Shown here piece by piece: positions 1-10,946 of a DNA stretch of 18,507 bases; within the stretch, counting starts at the first letter, position 1; the number at the start of each line of letters is the position of its first letter. Below the pieces are notes generated by a model. The model worked only from the letters and a program-made list of their open reading frames with translations. It had not been told where the DNA came from and searched no databases. Origin of the DNA: Ginkgo biloba (Eukaryota > Plantae > Ginkgophyta). Where the stretch lies: positions 136,927,738-136,946,244 of the forward strand of contig JANKJI020000004.1 in assembly GCA_024626585.2 (NCBI GenBank), read 5' to 3'. A program made the translations under genes and the position numbers.

Positions 1-529
1 GGGTAATGCAAACCAATGAGGCCACTTGTTAACACCTCAAACTGAGATCATTAAGAAAAAACTAGACAAATAAAATTCCAAATCTAAGAACCTACCAGAG
101 CATGAGAATATTCAAAAGCCAAGTGAAATATGCATTATGTACCTTATTGATCACATGTAGGCTTCATCAAAGTTGCATTGAGATAATAGAGCACCCGCAT
201 ACACCTTTCATATGAACAAGTTTTAAAGTGTGGAGCATATAACTTATACTGTTTAAGCCCTACCTTTTGTNNNNNNNNNNCCTCCATATTCGTGAGCTTT
301 CTAAATATTTAATCAATCTTTTCCTGCAGTACAATCTCCAGTGATCACAGGACCAATCATGAAAACATTTTACGTCCTAAACCTAAGAGAAGCATGAAAC
401 TCTTTGAAACTCTCACATAGTTCATGTGTTATCTAAATGGTTCAAAGGGGCCCAAGATGATGCACAACCAATAGGGGGACCCACAACTCCTGGTATCTTT
501 TTTGTTGTCCTAGTATGATCAAGGAGACT

Positions 530-1670
530 TAAAGAACCCAGGAGAGTATACATTCCTTAAGGGCCCCACAATGTCACTAAGGTTTATTTTAAATCATATG
601 CATCAAAGAGGGATCAAATGACCCAGGAATGTAAGGTATAAAAGGAAGAAGTTATCTCCATAGACCTAAAAGCATCATGCAATATGACACAATAAAGGGA
701 GGAGTAATTTGTTCTTGGTCTTGGGAAATAAAGTCAGTCCTTATGCATTAAGGGAAAAAAAAAGACTCAGGAGAGTATGCATCCCTTAAGGGGCCCATAA
801 TGTCACTAAGGTAGATTTTAAAGTATGTGCATCAAGGAGGAAAGAGAGAGATGCTCCTAGTAGACTTGTACAACACGAGGATAAAAAGGACTTAGGATGA
901 TGCACGATAAAATAGGGGCCCATGTGATGGACTAACAATGATTCTAGGAATTGAAAGGTGACGCATGAGCCAGAAATCAATCTCCCTAGAGAACGCAAGA
1001 AGTAACACCATAAGAAATGTGACAAGGAATGACATTACAGACATGGGGACCACGAAGTGTTATCCTTGGTAGAACTATGAGTCCACATCCTAATCTCAAG
1101 GAAGGCAATGATGTAAAATTCGGGGGTCTTCTAATAAGATAAATAAGGGTGGAATTCCTCCCTGAGTAGAGATTGGGGAACTCTCCCCTTGGATTCCTTC
1201 ATAGCCTTAGTCAAGCTAGAAAATAATAAGAATTAAGGGGAACAATGTGAACACTAAGGCGACTCCNNNNNNNNNNNNNNNNNNNNNNNNNNNNNNNNNA
1301 AGACCTGGGATCATATTTAATGAAGGTGGGACCCAACCACACTCACGTCTTAGATAAGAAAGAACTCCCTTAGTGGATAAGGGAGGAAAAATTATCTAGG
1401 AAGGAAAGGCACTAAGGGAGGGAATGAACTTCACAAACCTAAAAATATCATACAATGTGGCATAATAAGGGGGGAGTAAACCACTCTTACTCTTGGGTAA
1501 AGAATTTATTCCTTGTGTATTAAGGGAAGAAAAGGTACCTAGGNNNNNNNNNNNNNNATTCACCACTTATCTTGGGTAGGAGAAGCTCCCTTATACATCA
1601 AGGAAGGTAAAGTAACCTAGGGGGTGCACAGTTACCAAGGGCGCTTCCATGTGACTAAGTTATATTGCAC
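530..1670. repeat. Degenerate internally repeated block (modules ~80-110 bp; one period of 229 bp)
   Basis: CAGGAGAGTATaCATtCCTTAAGGGCCCcacAATGTCACTAAGGT…ATGCATCAA at ~539 recurs at ~768. The module CAAT.TG.CA.AATAA.GGG.GGAGTAA…TCTTGGG…TCCTT.TG.ATTAAGGGAA at ~680 recurs at ~1453, with weaker copies at ~1345 and ~1565. Confidence 0.75.
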
Positions 1671-2039
1671 CTTTAAACTAGAAATGCTCCTAGTGGATTT
1701 GCATGGTCCTTGGCTAATAAGAAATATTCAAAGGGGGCCAAGAGAGTGTGCAGCCTTTGAGGGGCCCACNNNNNNNNNNNNNNNNNNNNNNNNNNNNNNN
1801 NNNNNNNNNNNNNNNNNNNNNNNNNNNNNNNNNNNNNNNNNNNNNNNNNNNNNNNNNNNNNNNNNNNNNACAACCTCAAGAACATATTCATAAATTCCAA
1901 CTCAATTTCAGTCTAGAAAATGCTCATCCTATTTATTAGAACTCACAATCTAACCCTAAGTAATAAGGGGTTAACTTTAATCAAGTTCAAGATCCGATAT
2001 TTGAATTGCTTACCAATATTTGTTGTGTTTAAAAGTTCA

Positions 2040-2540
2040 ACAAATGATTGCATCTTAGCACTAGCCAATATATGAATATTCTCATAATTTATTGATTTTG
2101 ACTAGTTCATGATACTATTGTTGCCAAACTTAAAAACTTGATATTCAAGTACATCATTCTTTTGTTCGTTGTATAATGCTAAATGCCAATAGATGATTAG
2201 TAGAAGCAATTATCAACATCTAAGCTTGCTTCTAACCATTGAATGGAGATCTTATGGACCCCTCGAACACACCAATGACCCATTTTGTGCATAGATACAA
2301 AAGAAAATCTCAAGGATTATCATATTTTTCATAAGTAAAACTAATTGGCAAATAATTTTAACATATGAAATATATAATATATATTATGGGCAAAAGTTAT
2401 AGGAAAATAAATGTTTTGCAAATAATTTAGGTTAAATTTGGCAAATAAGGCTTTTCATTAAAATTTTAAAAAAAATTGATGAATCTAACTTTTTGAAAAT
2501 TTAAAATTAAGAACCAAATGGCTATATATATAGCCACTAA
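2040..2540 (+). mobile_element. Possible hAT-like DNA transposon 3' remnant
   Basis: Faint resemblance to the hAT C-terminal dimerisation domain (LALANI*IFS*…IVAKLKNL…LLFV(fs)YNAKCQ vs LAIRILSQ…KxRNRL…LVFVxYNxKL). Three TTG(G)CAAATAA subterminal-like motifs at ~2346, ~2416 and ~2438. The segment ends at a palindrome abutting the truncated gypsy RT. Confidence 0.3.
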
Positions 2541-3330
2541 GATTTTCCCTAGTACCATAAATTGGAACTTTTATGGATTTAAACATAGGCCACTTTTGTG
2601 ATAGACCTCCAACATTAGTCACACATTATCTAAATGATTATCAAAAGTGGAATATAATGTTCAGTCATTGAGAAATACCTCCACACACTTGCCAATAATT
2701 TGACAAAATTTATTCAATATAACCCTCTAAAATATTACAATAACATTACTGATCCCAAATGGCATTACCCTGTATGTGTAGGTTCCCCATTCTTTAATGA
2801 ACATTGTCTTCAATTGGTCTTTTGGAGAAAAACTAACTTGGTTATACCCACTAAATCCATCTGTGAAGGAATACACTTCATGCCCTACATATTTATCTAG
2901 AACATCTTCAATAAATATGATTAGAAATGGATCATTTTTTGTAACTTTATTCATCTTGATGTACATAGAAATTCTTTCTTTCTTCTTCTTTGTCATTACG
3001 ACTAGGCTTACCCATTTGTTATTATCGACATTATATGTATCTTGTTTCCAGCATCTTGCCGATATCTATCTTGATTTTGTTCTTTTACTTTGGGATATAA
3101 TCTATATACTTTGTTGTACTAGCTTTGTGTCATATAAGAGCTCAATTGGATGCTAACCAATCTTAGGAGACAACCTTCAAATCCTTATACAACCAAGTGA
3201 ACACATGGGGGTATTTTGTGAAAATGATCATGGCTTGTTGCATTAGTGTCATATTAATAATGTCCCATGGTGATATGTTTAGGATCTTCTTTTGTCCCAT
3301 GTTAATATCCCATGTCTTGATTGTCATGCA
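2537..3330 (-). mobile_element. Degenerate Ty3/gypsy LTR-retrotransposon pol fragment (reverse transcriptase)
   Basis: Translation through frameshifts and stops gives YPHVFTWLYKDL…HPIEL…KVYRL…KW VSLVV…KNDPF…IEDVLDKYVGHEVYSFTDGFSGYNQV…KDQLKTMFIKEWGTYTYRVMPFGISN…VEVFLND*TLYS…LNP*KFQF. These are the gypsy RT motifs DGFSGYNQ and MPFG plus a broken (Y/F)xDD box. Confidence 0.92.
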
Positions 3331-3900
3331 TTCCTTGTTGAGTTGGTGTCCAAGTGTTTGGTTTATTTATAATGATTTTCAGAGGTCAATTCCAAACACT
3401 AAGGTGAGTAGAAATTAGNNNNNNNNNNNNNNNNNNNNNNNNNNNNNNNNNNNNNNNNNNNNNNNNNNNNNNNNNNNNNNNNNNNNNNNNNNNNNNNNNN
3501 NNNNNNNNNNNNNNNNNNTTGAGAAGCATGGACAGATATAAAATCAATTTTGTATCTAAAACATAATTAACTTATAAAATGCAATCTTTCATTTAATTTT
3601 GTGCATGCTTTAGTAGTGTGTCCCACGAGATATTTACGTAAAGCTTTCCTACTATGATACCTAGGTTTTTCAATCTAAAGCCTTCATTCCAAATATGCAT
3701 AAATTCCTAGAGCTGAGTATGGAAACCCCAGGTCAATCTGAAGCAGATTAGACTAGTGATGCTACTGAAACAATTAGTTACTAATCACATGTCATTTTCT
3801 TGAAAACCAGAATCTCCTTGACATTTAATTGCAAAATGAGCATTAGTGTAAATGCACTTCCTGACTGACCGACTAAGCATAAGTAATTGTAGATGTACAC

Positions 3901-3950
3901 TGGCAGTAGTACAATAGTTGTAGTATGGCAGTAGTACAATAGTTGTAGTA
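3901..3950. repeat. Perfect 25-bp tandem duplication
   Basis: TGGCAGTAGTACAATAGTTGTAGTA occurs at 3901-3925 and 3926-3950. Confidence 0.97.
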
Positions 3951-5716
3951 TTTCAATATCAAATTTTACTAGGCTTGTTCTTATTCACTAGGCAGCTCTG
4001 CAATGAGTGTGTTATTGACTGGACCTCCTGTAGCAACAGCAACTGAGGAAGGGCAGCCTGGTTCAAACCAAACATTGGAAGAATAAAAGGGGACATGGGA
4101 AGGCCAATACCCTTGAGCTTCGTGGCCTCGGCAACCAATATCTGTTGAAGCATTTGAAAGGGCCATCATTTGCGTGAGGATTTACTAGTTGATTGACAGC
4201 CTACTGACTTCATCATTGAAGCCTCCTTCCAATCCTCCATTTTTAAGGCCACATTTTCATACCTAGTTTTGATGAAGCAAAACAAACTACAAAAGACTAT
4301 TTTTTCTATACACAAACCTATAAATAAACAATGCATCAATAAAATATTTGTATGTCATTGAAAATAAACAAGATTTAATTTATTCAAGTCAATGTAATTT
4401 GACCCTGTATGTAAAAGTCTCACGTACATATTGGCACAAGTACAAATTTAATCAAGACGGTGGCCTGTCAAAAGCAAGATCTACTTGTCCTTGATTTCAT
4501 AATGACATTATTTGTAGATCAAATCCCAAATAACAAGTGAATTAGACCTACTGTGAAATTTGTGTTTAAAATGGGTCAGTGATTGATTAGGTTGATTTAT
4601 GGTTAAAATCTTTGTAAATAGATAGTAAACATGCTGAAGGGAAGTCCTATGAAATTATCTTCTTTATTAATAATATCTATAGGTTTTTCAAAAAAAGGAC
4701 ATTACAAGTTGCACAAGTATAATAGAAGCATAGTACAAATGATAAAAGTGCAGAAAAGGAAACATGAAGCCTGTGAACAAGCAAGAGGCATTTGGGAATG
4801 GGAGCTAGAATCAGCACGGATATTATTTGACTTCAGATAACAAACCCATCATGACAAGTCACTAAAACCCAACCATTAGCTCTCCTCATAATACTCGTGA
4901 AAGCATTGTTTAGGAGCAGCACGACGGAACTGGAAATTCCAACAGCAATTTGTGCCAGGCTCATTTACTTGATGGTCTTCTTGAACAATATCTTGTTGTG
5001 AAAGAATCCTTAGCTTCAACATTGACAATGCCAAGGACAGTCACAAAAATTGATGGGACCTCATTCCTTATCAAATATTAAATCTACCCATATGGCAACA
5101 GAAGGTGACCATTCCATCCTACCCAGGATAAGCATCATGCAAGTTGGTTGTATAACAGCCACTTGATTAGAATATTCAACAGAATATTTCAATATCCAAT
5201 GGCTGCTGCACTGCCATCCATCCAACTTGTTTGATAACAAGCCACAGACCATCTTATCATACAAATTTGAAAGCATTCTTCAGTAATAACATAAACTTTA
5301 AATCAACAAGTCTCTTGGCCAAAAATATCTGCAGAAACTATTCATAAATGTGACGAGAAATTCAAATAAAAGGAGTGATATTCGCTTCATTCAGCCATCA
5401 ACCATTCACAAAGCAGCATGCTCTGGTAGAATTCAAATTTTCCCTTTGCAATTACCCAGAGGCCTCTGAGAGCATCATTTTGTTCCTTTAATGGTGTTCT
5501 GATGAACTCTGTCAAAGAAAAGCATTTGTTGTTCATCTAGTCAGACCAGACAAATATAAGAAACTGAACGTTGCACAAGCATATATATAATTGAGCTAAA
5601 TTACACTACAATAGAGGAACAATGTGCAGCATGAACTAGAAAGAAACACTAGCAGGCTCAGACAAACCCAACTACTAAGTTATATGCATGAAATCTGGAG
5701 CCTAAGCATGGGAACT

Positions 5717-6030
5717 CAAATCCTGGATATCCTGGAGCTATAGGAGGCATGTGATTGGGCCCTCCATAGCTTTAGCAAACACCAGGATGTGGTAAAAAGG
5801 TGGTTCGATAGGAGAGCCAAGGTCAAGGCCTTACGAATCATTGACCTCGTCCTGTTATGGGATAAGGCTCATAAGAAAAAAGGGCCAGCACTCTAAATTC
5901 AATCCCCTCTAGACAGGTCCATATTAGATAGCTAGCATCCTCGATGATAATGCATTTAGATTTAAGGACCTCCTAGGAAATAAGCTCTCTCTGCCTATCA
6001 ATGGTTGGCATCTAAAACATTATTTTATAG
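5717..6030 (+). mobile_element. Degenerate Ty3/gypsy (Tat/Athila-like, non-chromovirus) integrase C-terminus
   Basis: Reads LEL*EACDWALHSFSKHQDVVKRWFDRRAKVKALRIIDLVLLWDKAHKKK(fs)GQHSKFNPL*TGPY*IASILDDNAFRFKDLLGNKLSLPINGWHLKHYF, i.e. the GPY/F domain and the terminal PINGxHLKHYF motif. The sequence through ~6950 may be this element's 3' non-coding region (not demonstrable). Confidence 0.88.
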
Positions 6031-7947
6031 TCGAGCCCACACTGGCACCTCCGAGATAGCTAGGTAAGTATCTAACTCTATTAGAGTAGGTTTTAATTTT
6101 ATTTAGATCTTTTTTTTTTTTTTGCATTCGTTTAAGATAAGCTCATAAGTTTAAATTTTGGGTCAAGTTCATTTTCCTTAGATAGCTTGTATGTTTTACT
6201 TTGCGAAATTTATTTTGTTGTAATGATCTATATGGATCCCTACTCCATGTTATCCATGTTATCTATACAACATTTATTTTCTACTTCACCTCATTGAGCA
6301 TAACACTAGCCGCCAGGCTGAGGATTTCCCTCCCTTTTTAGTCTTAGAGCCTGATGAAATGATCTAGCCTATCATCCTAGGAACTAAAAAATAATGGGAA
6401 AGAAAGGGTCCACACTCATGGTCAGATTATAGGGAAGACTCTATGGTGGTCAGCTGGATTCAAGAAATGTTCATAGATCTGAGCAATTCTCCATAAGACT
6501 CCATAGAAGAGTTAGATATAAATGATCACAGCAAGGAAAAGGTGAAAAGGGACAGGGAGGTGAGACTATGAGTTTTGTAGAAAGATGGTGAGCATGGTCT
6601 ATCCTGGTCCCCAACCCTCGACTAAGAGGGAGGTCCATTGGACATCAAAATCATTGTATAATGGCATGACCCCAATAAATGGACCTCCCAGAGAATTGAG
6701 TTCAAGAAGGGTGATTCAGGAAAACTCTGTTGGGGCTATAGATGCTCGACTGGAAATGGAGCAAGGCATAGAATGGGACCCAAGGTAACTCTATCAGGGC
6801 TATGGATTCCTNNNNNNNNNNNNNNNNNNNNNNNNNNNNNNNNNNNNNNNNNNNNATCTACCAAATCCTGTTCAATCTCTCCCTAATATTCCCAAATCCA
6901 ATCTCCATCATGATAAGTGGATCCACTCACCCTAATGCATACACCAAGACTTAAGAAAGGCCTACTAAGTCGAGTATGCCATTTAACCAGCACAGAGTTG
7001 AGTCTGCATCATGCCTAAATTTTATGATTTTTTTTAATCAAATTTTGTACTTTTTCATGAAGNNNNNNNNNNNNNNNNNNNNNNNNNNNNNNNNNNNNNN
7101 NNNNNNNNNNNNNNNNNNNNNNNNNNNNNNNNNNNNNNNNNNNNNNNNNNNNNNNNNNNNNNNNNNNNNNNNNNNNNNNNNNNNNNNNNNNNNNNNNNNN
7201 NNNNNNNNNNNNNNNNNNNNNNNNNNNNNNNNNNNNNNNNNNNNNNNNNNNNNNNNNNNNNNNNNNNNNNNNNNNNNNNNNNNNNNNNNNNNNNNNNNNN
7301 NNNNNNNNNNNNNNNNNNNNNNNNNNNNNNNNNNNNNNNNNNNNNNNNNNNNNNNNNNNNNNNNNNNNNNNNNNNNNNNNNNNNNNNNNNNNNNNNNNNN
7401 NNNNNNNNNNNNNNNNNNNNNNNNNNNNNNNNNNNNNNNNNNNNNNNNNNNNNNNNNNNNNNNNNNNNNNNNNNNNNNNNNNNNNNNNNNNNNNNNNNNN
7501 NNNNNNNNNNNNNNNNNNNNNNNNNNNNNNNNNNNNNNNNNNNNNNNNNNNNNNNNNNNNNNNNNNNNNNNNNNNNNNNNNNNNNNNNNNNNNNNNNNNN
7601 NNNNNNNNNNNNNNNNNNNNNNNNNNNNNNNNNNNNNNNNNNNNNNNNNNNNNNNNNNNNNNNNNNNNNNNNNNNNNNNNNNNNNNNNNNNNNNNNNNNN
7701 NNNNNNNNNNNNNNNNNNNNNNNNNNNNNNNNNNNNNNNNNNNNNNNNNNNNNNNNNNNNNNNNNNNNNNNNNNNNNNNNNNNNNNNNNNNNNNNNNNNN
7801 NNNNNNNNNNNNNNNNNNNNNNNNNNNNNNNNNNNNNNNNNNNNNNNGAACTTATCCTTTTGGAGTCTGTGACCATTATGGCACTTGCTTTTCACTCTTG
7901 CTGATAATTTTGTCAATTTTGTATTGTTATCATGAATCCTTGCGTAC

Positions 7948-8047
7948 CTGCAATGTTACAAGCCTGTCTTCAACCTGAAGTTCCTTTGTCACAAAGTCAG
8001 CACCAATTGTTGCTTTGTACTGGTTGCTAAATTTCTTGTGGACATAT
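7948..8047 (-). CDS. RABG3: Rab7/RABG3 coding exon 3 ([33 protein letters not shown])
   Basis: CAG|A TAT GTC CAC AAG ... ACA TTG CAG|GTACGC, 100 nt, phase-compatible with exon 2. Contains the Rab7 effector/switch I motif [21 protein letters not shown] and DFVTKEL resemble the RABG3a/b branch as I recall it. Confidence 0.96.
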
Positions 8048-8210
8048 CTGTTCAGTGCTTAGTGAAGGCCATTGAATAGAAAACAAGAAACCAAAATGCA
8101 GAACCACCTAGCAGATTGAGGACCAAAATCTCCATGCGGTGTTGGGAACTACATTGTGCCATGATGACTCCATGTATTTAGCCTTGTGACCACCAGCTGA
8201 CTATTGCTGC

Positions 8211-8330
8211 AACCAGGGGTTTATGTCAATCCATCCAATGATTGGATGACATGCCACCCATGCATGTAACACTTGGCAGGCTATGATTGGACCAAGGATA
8301 GATGCTATTAAGTCTTTATGTAGGGGATTG
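8211..8330 (+). repeat. Short dispersed repeat, copy 1
   Basis: AACCAGGG…ATCCAT.CAAT…ATTGG…CCATGC.TGT.ACA.TTGGCAGGC….ATTGGACCAAGGATA…TTATGT.G.GGATTG aligns collinearly with 10825-10946, then runs into an N gap. Confidence 0.85.
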
Positions 8331-8965
8331 NNNNNNNNNNNNNNNNNNNNNNNNNNNNNNNNNNNNNNNNNNNNNNNNNNNNNNNNNNNNNNNNNNGAGA
8401 GAGAGAAGCACAAGCGCATGGAATACACATGCTAGCACGAACTTGTGACAACTAATTGCCAAAACAATAATATCTGACTGCCCTTTACTACTATATAACT
8501 GTTTACTTAGATATGTGCAATTTTCCAGAAGACCAACAAAAATGACTTTCCTCTATAGGTTGGACTTAAATACACATGGAAAGATGCCTGTTGAAGGCAG
8601 TTTTACACGAGATGGCCATAGAGAGTTGGTAAATGTTCAATTAAAGGTACAATGGATTTTTCCACCTTAACTGAAATGACACAATTTGTTCAGGCATGCT
8701 CACCTCCTAGGCTTTGCAAACATAAACAATGTCGCATCACCCTATAACATTGGAACTATCCACACTGATAGTGTTGAATAAAGCTAAAGTTGGATGCTCT
8801 AACTAAACCAACACTTTCTCTAAACGCTGCGTAGCCAAGAAGTCTAACAAAATCTCACAATACATTTTACTGCCAAAAACAATCCTAAATTATTTTTTCA
8901 ACCATTGTTGAAAAATATGCATGGCAGGCAGAATAACAGCATATAACACCTAAAAGCCATCATCC

Positions 8966-9323
8966 AAAAGAAAGAATTCAGAAACAAACCCTGAATATCA
9001 TTCTCTGCACAAAAAGAATATCATAAAAATGCACAGGGTCAATCCATGGAGTGAGCTTACTGCTTTTACCTTTGTACTTCAAATTCTGNNNNNNNNNNNN
9101 NNNNNNNNNNNCACCGATGGATAGTAATGGACACATGGAGTTTTACCAATATTCACCTCCTAGAACTTAAGTTTACTGATATTCACCTCCAGAACTCAAT
9201 ATCTGATTAAAAGAAAGAAATAAACCTTGAATATCATTCTCCACACAAAAAATATCACAAAAAATACATGATGTCAATCCATATAGTGAGCTTACTGCTC
9301 TTCACCTTCATACTTGAAATTCT
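8966..9323. repeat. Diverged direct duplication of ~120 bp (8966-9088 and 9209-9323)
   Basis: Both copies read AAAAGAAAGAA…AAACC.TGAATATCATTCT…AATATCA.AAAAA…GTCAATCCAT..AGTGAGCTTACTGCT.TT.ACCTT..TACTT.AAATTCT. The spacer has its own small duplication, ATATTCACCTCC(T)AGAACT. Confidence 0.9.
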
Positions 9324-10089
9324 AAACAATTATGANNNNNNNNNNNNNNNNNNNNNNNNNNNNNNNNNNNNNNNNNNNNNNNNNNNNNNNNNNNNNNNNN
9401 NNNNNNNNNNNNNNNNNNNNNNNNNNNNNNNNNNNNNNNNNNNNAGGGTACCATCTAGAAAGAATCCCTTTTAGAATAGAATGTTGTAATTTAGATTAAG
9501 AATTATCTTTATTATTCAAGCAGTCTAATCAAAAGTTATAATCTGAATATAGAAATGTTGTTAATGTCCAAGTGGGCTAATTGATTCTCAATATGGCTGT
9601 TAGTGTCTAAATTTAATGAGTTCATGACCAAAAATGTTAATTCAGAAAGAAATTAAGATTTGGTTATTATGATAATAAATACTATCAGTTATTCCTTTGT
9701 TATGATAGTAAAAATACCAATGCAATATGCACACAAATAGGAGGAACATATGTGACTAAGATTCTTTAAATTATTTTTTTAAGACCATTTATTATTGTAT
9801 TGTTTTTTAATGATAAATGTGATAAAGCTTCACTATTCATATATTTTAATTTTTTCTGCCAAGATTCATAGTGGGGGGAGGATTTTCTTGTTTATTAATA
9901 ACTGCTGAATGATGTGGGAAGATAAAATTGTTATTGATTTATCATATATATAATAGCATTAGTATAACTAGTATTGCACAACAATCCACTGGCTCACTGC
10001 AACATTATGTACATACTTTCTAATAGAACAATGGATATATAGATGTACACAAGTCATGCTTTTCAGTCGACAATGTACACTTCCATGCT

Positions 10090-10690
10090 TGATTTGAGGA
10101 GGTTGACATTCTTCAACATTTGTAAGTGCATTTGCAATAACAGTTTTGGATGGAATCCCTTAAGAAAATTATACACCATTCCTTGGTATGAACAATTGTG
10201 TCAATTAATGATATTTAGCTCTCCAATTCTTTCAAGATGCTAGAATGACTATGAGCAAGAATATAATGTAGTGTGCGTGCTCAATTTCTCTAACATGTTA
10301 AATTTCTTGTCATCGTATAACTCCAATGCACTAACACTTTCTGGGCCTTTGTCAGTTAGTGACTTTGGCATGAGGCCTTTTCTCTCTTCTGGGCATAAAG
10401 AAGACATCTCCACAAATATTTCTGAAGCATCCTCCAAGGACCCCTTTCTAGAGTGTATGTAAAAACTTTTCATGCACAAGACATTTACAAAAGATATGTA
10501 ACAACAACATTGTTGCATTGGTATAGATACAACAAAACAATATTTGACAGTTTGGACATATACCCCTTAATAAACAATGGTTCAAAACCAACAAGGGAGA
10601 TCAGCCAAGTGCAACCAACACATAACCCAATTATCTTGGCCGTAAGAGGCATTTTCTCAAGAAGTTCTAGGATGATCTTTCACCATGTGG
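10090..10690 (-). pseudogene. Possible highly decayed PLS-class pentatricopeptide-repeat (PPR) gene fragment
   Basis: Across frameshifts, PPR-like submotifs appear in a plausible order: LELLEKMP; *GVYVQTVKYCF; NVVVTYLL*M; SRKGSLEDASEIFVEMS (cf. KCGSLEDAxxIFxEM); SALELY; SILKELE; KGFHPK(fs)TVIANALTN (cf. GFxPDVVIANALI). Recognised by eye only. Confidence 0.45.
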
Positions 10691-10824
10691 ATTGCAGTTG
10701 TAAGTAGAATATCCAAGCAAATAGAGGAGGCAACATGAAAATGTGTATACCTTCGTTCATGTTTCAAGGTTGAATCATGCTATAGAAGAGAAATTTGTTA
10801 TGATCTCATTTCTTAATGATGTTT

Positions 10825-10946
10825 AACCAGGGTTTTCTATCGATCCATTCAATCCATTGGGCTATGTGTCCACCATGCGTGTGACAGTTGGCAGGCCACT
10901 ATTGGACCAAGGATAATGCCCAATCATATTGTTATGTGGTGGATTG
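10825..10946 (+). repeat. Short dispersed repeat, copy 2
   Basis: Same orientation as 8211-8330, sharing the blocks AACCAGGG, TTGGCAGGC, ATTGGACCAAGGATA and GGATTG. Confidence 0.85.

Noticed and set aside
150-205. Minus-strand 'NFDEAY' resembling Rab7 NVDEAF
   Set aside because: No upstream ETSAK and a stop follows within two codons, so it is a chance match.
530-1670. Repeat array as a CRISPR-like locus
   Set aside because: Units are long, degenerate and irregularly spaced, with no constant repeat plus unique spacers and no cas genes, and the context is eukaryotic.
2797-3418. Plus-strand hydrophobic ORFs (119 aa, 73 aa)
   Set aside because: They are antisense shadows of the degenerate gypsy RT on the minus strand.
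5298-5328. CAG|ATATTTT as a candidate Rab7 last exon (…I|YF…)
   Set aside because: Reads YFWPRDLLI-stop, with no hypervariable tail or CxC prenylation motif.
6976-7916. ORFs of 273-298 aa in the track
   Set aside because: Almost entirely X from the 785-N gap. The same applies to the gap-spanning ORFs at 1624-1939, 9268-9474, 11150-11478, 13154-13724 and 17288-17476.
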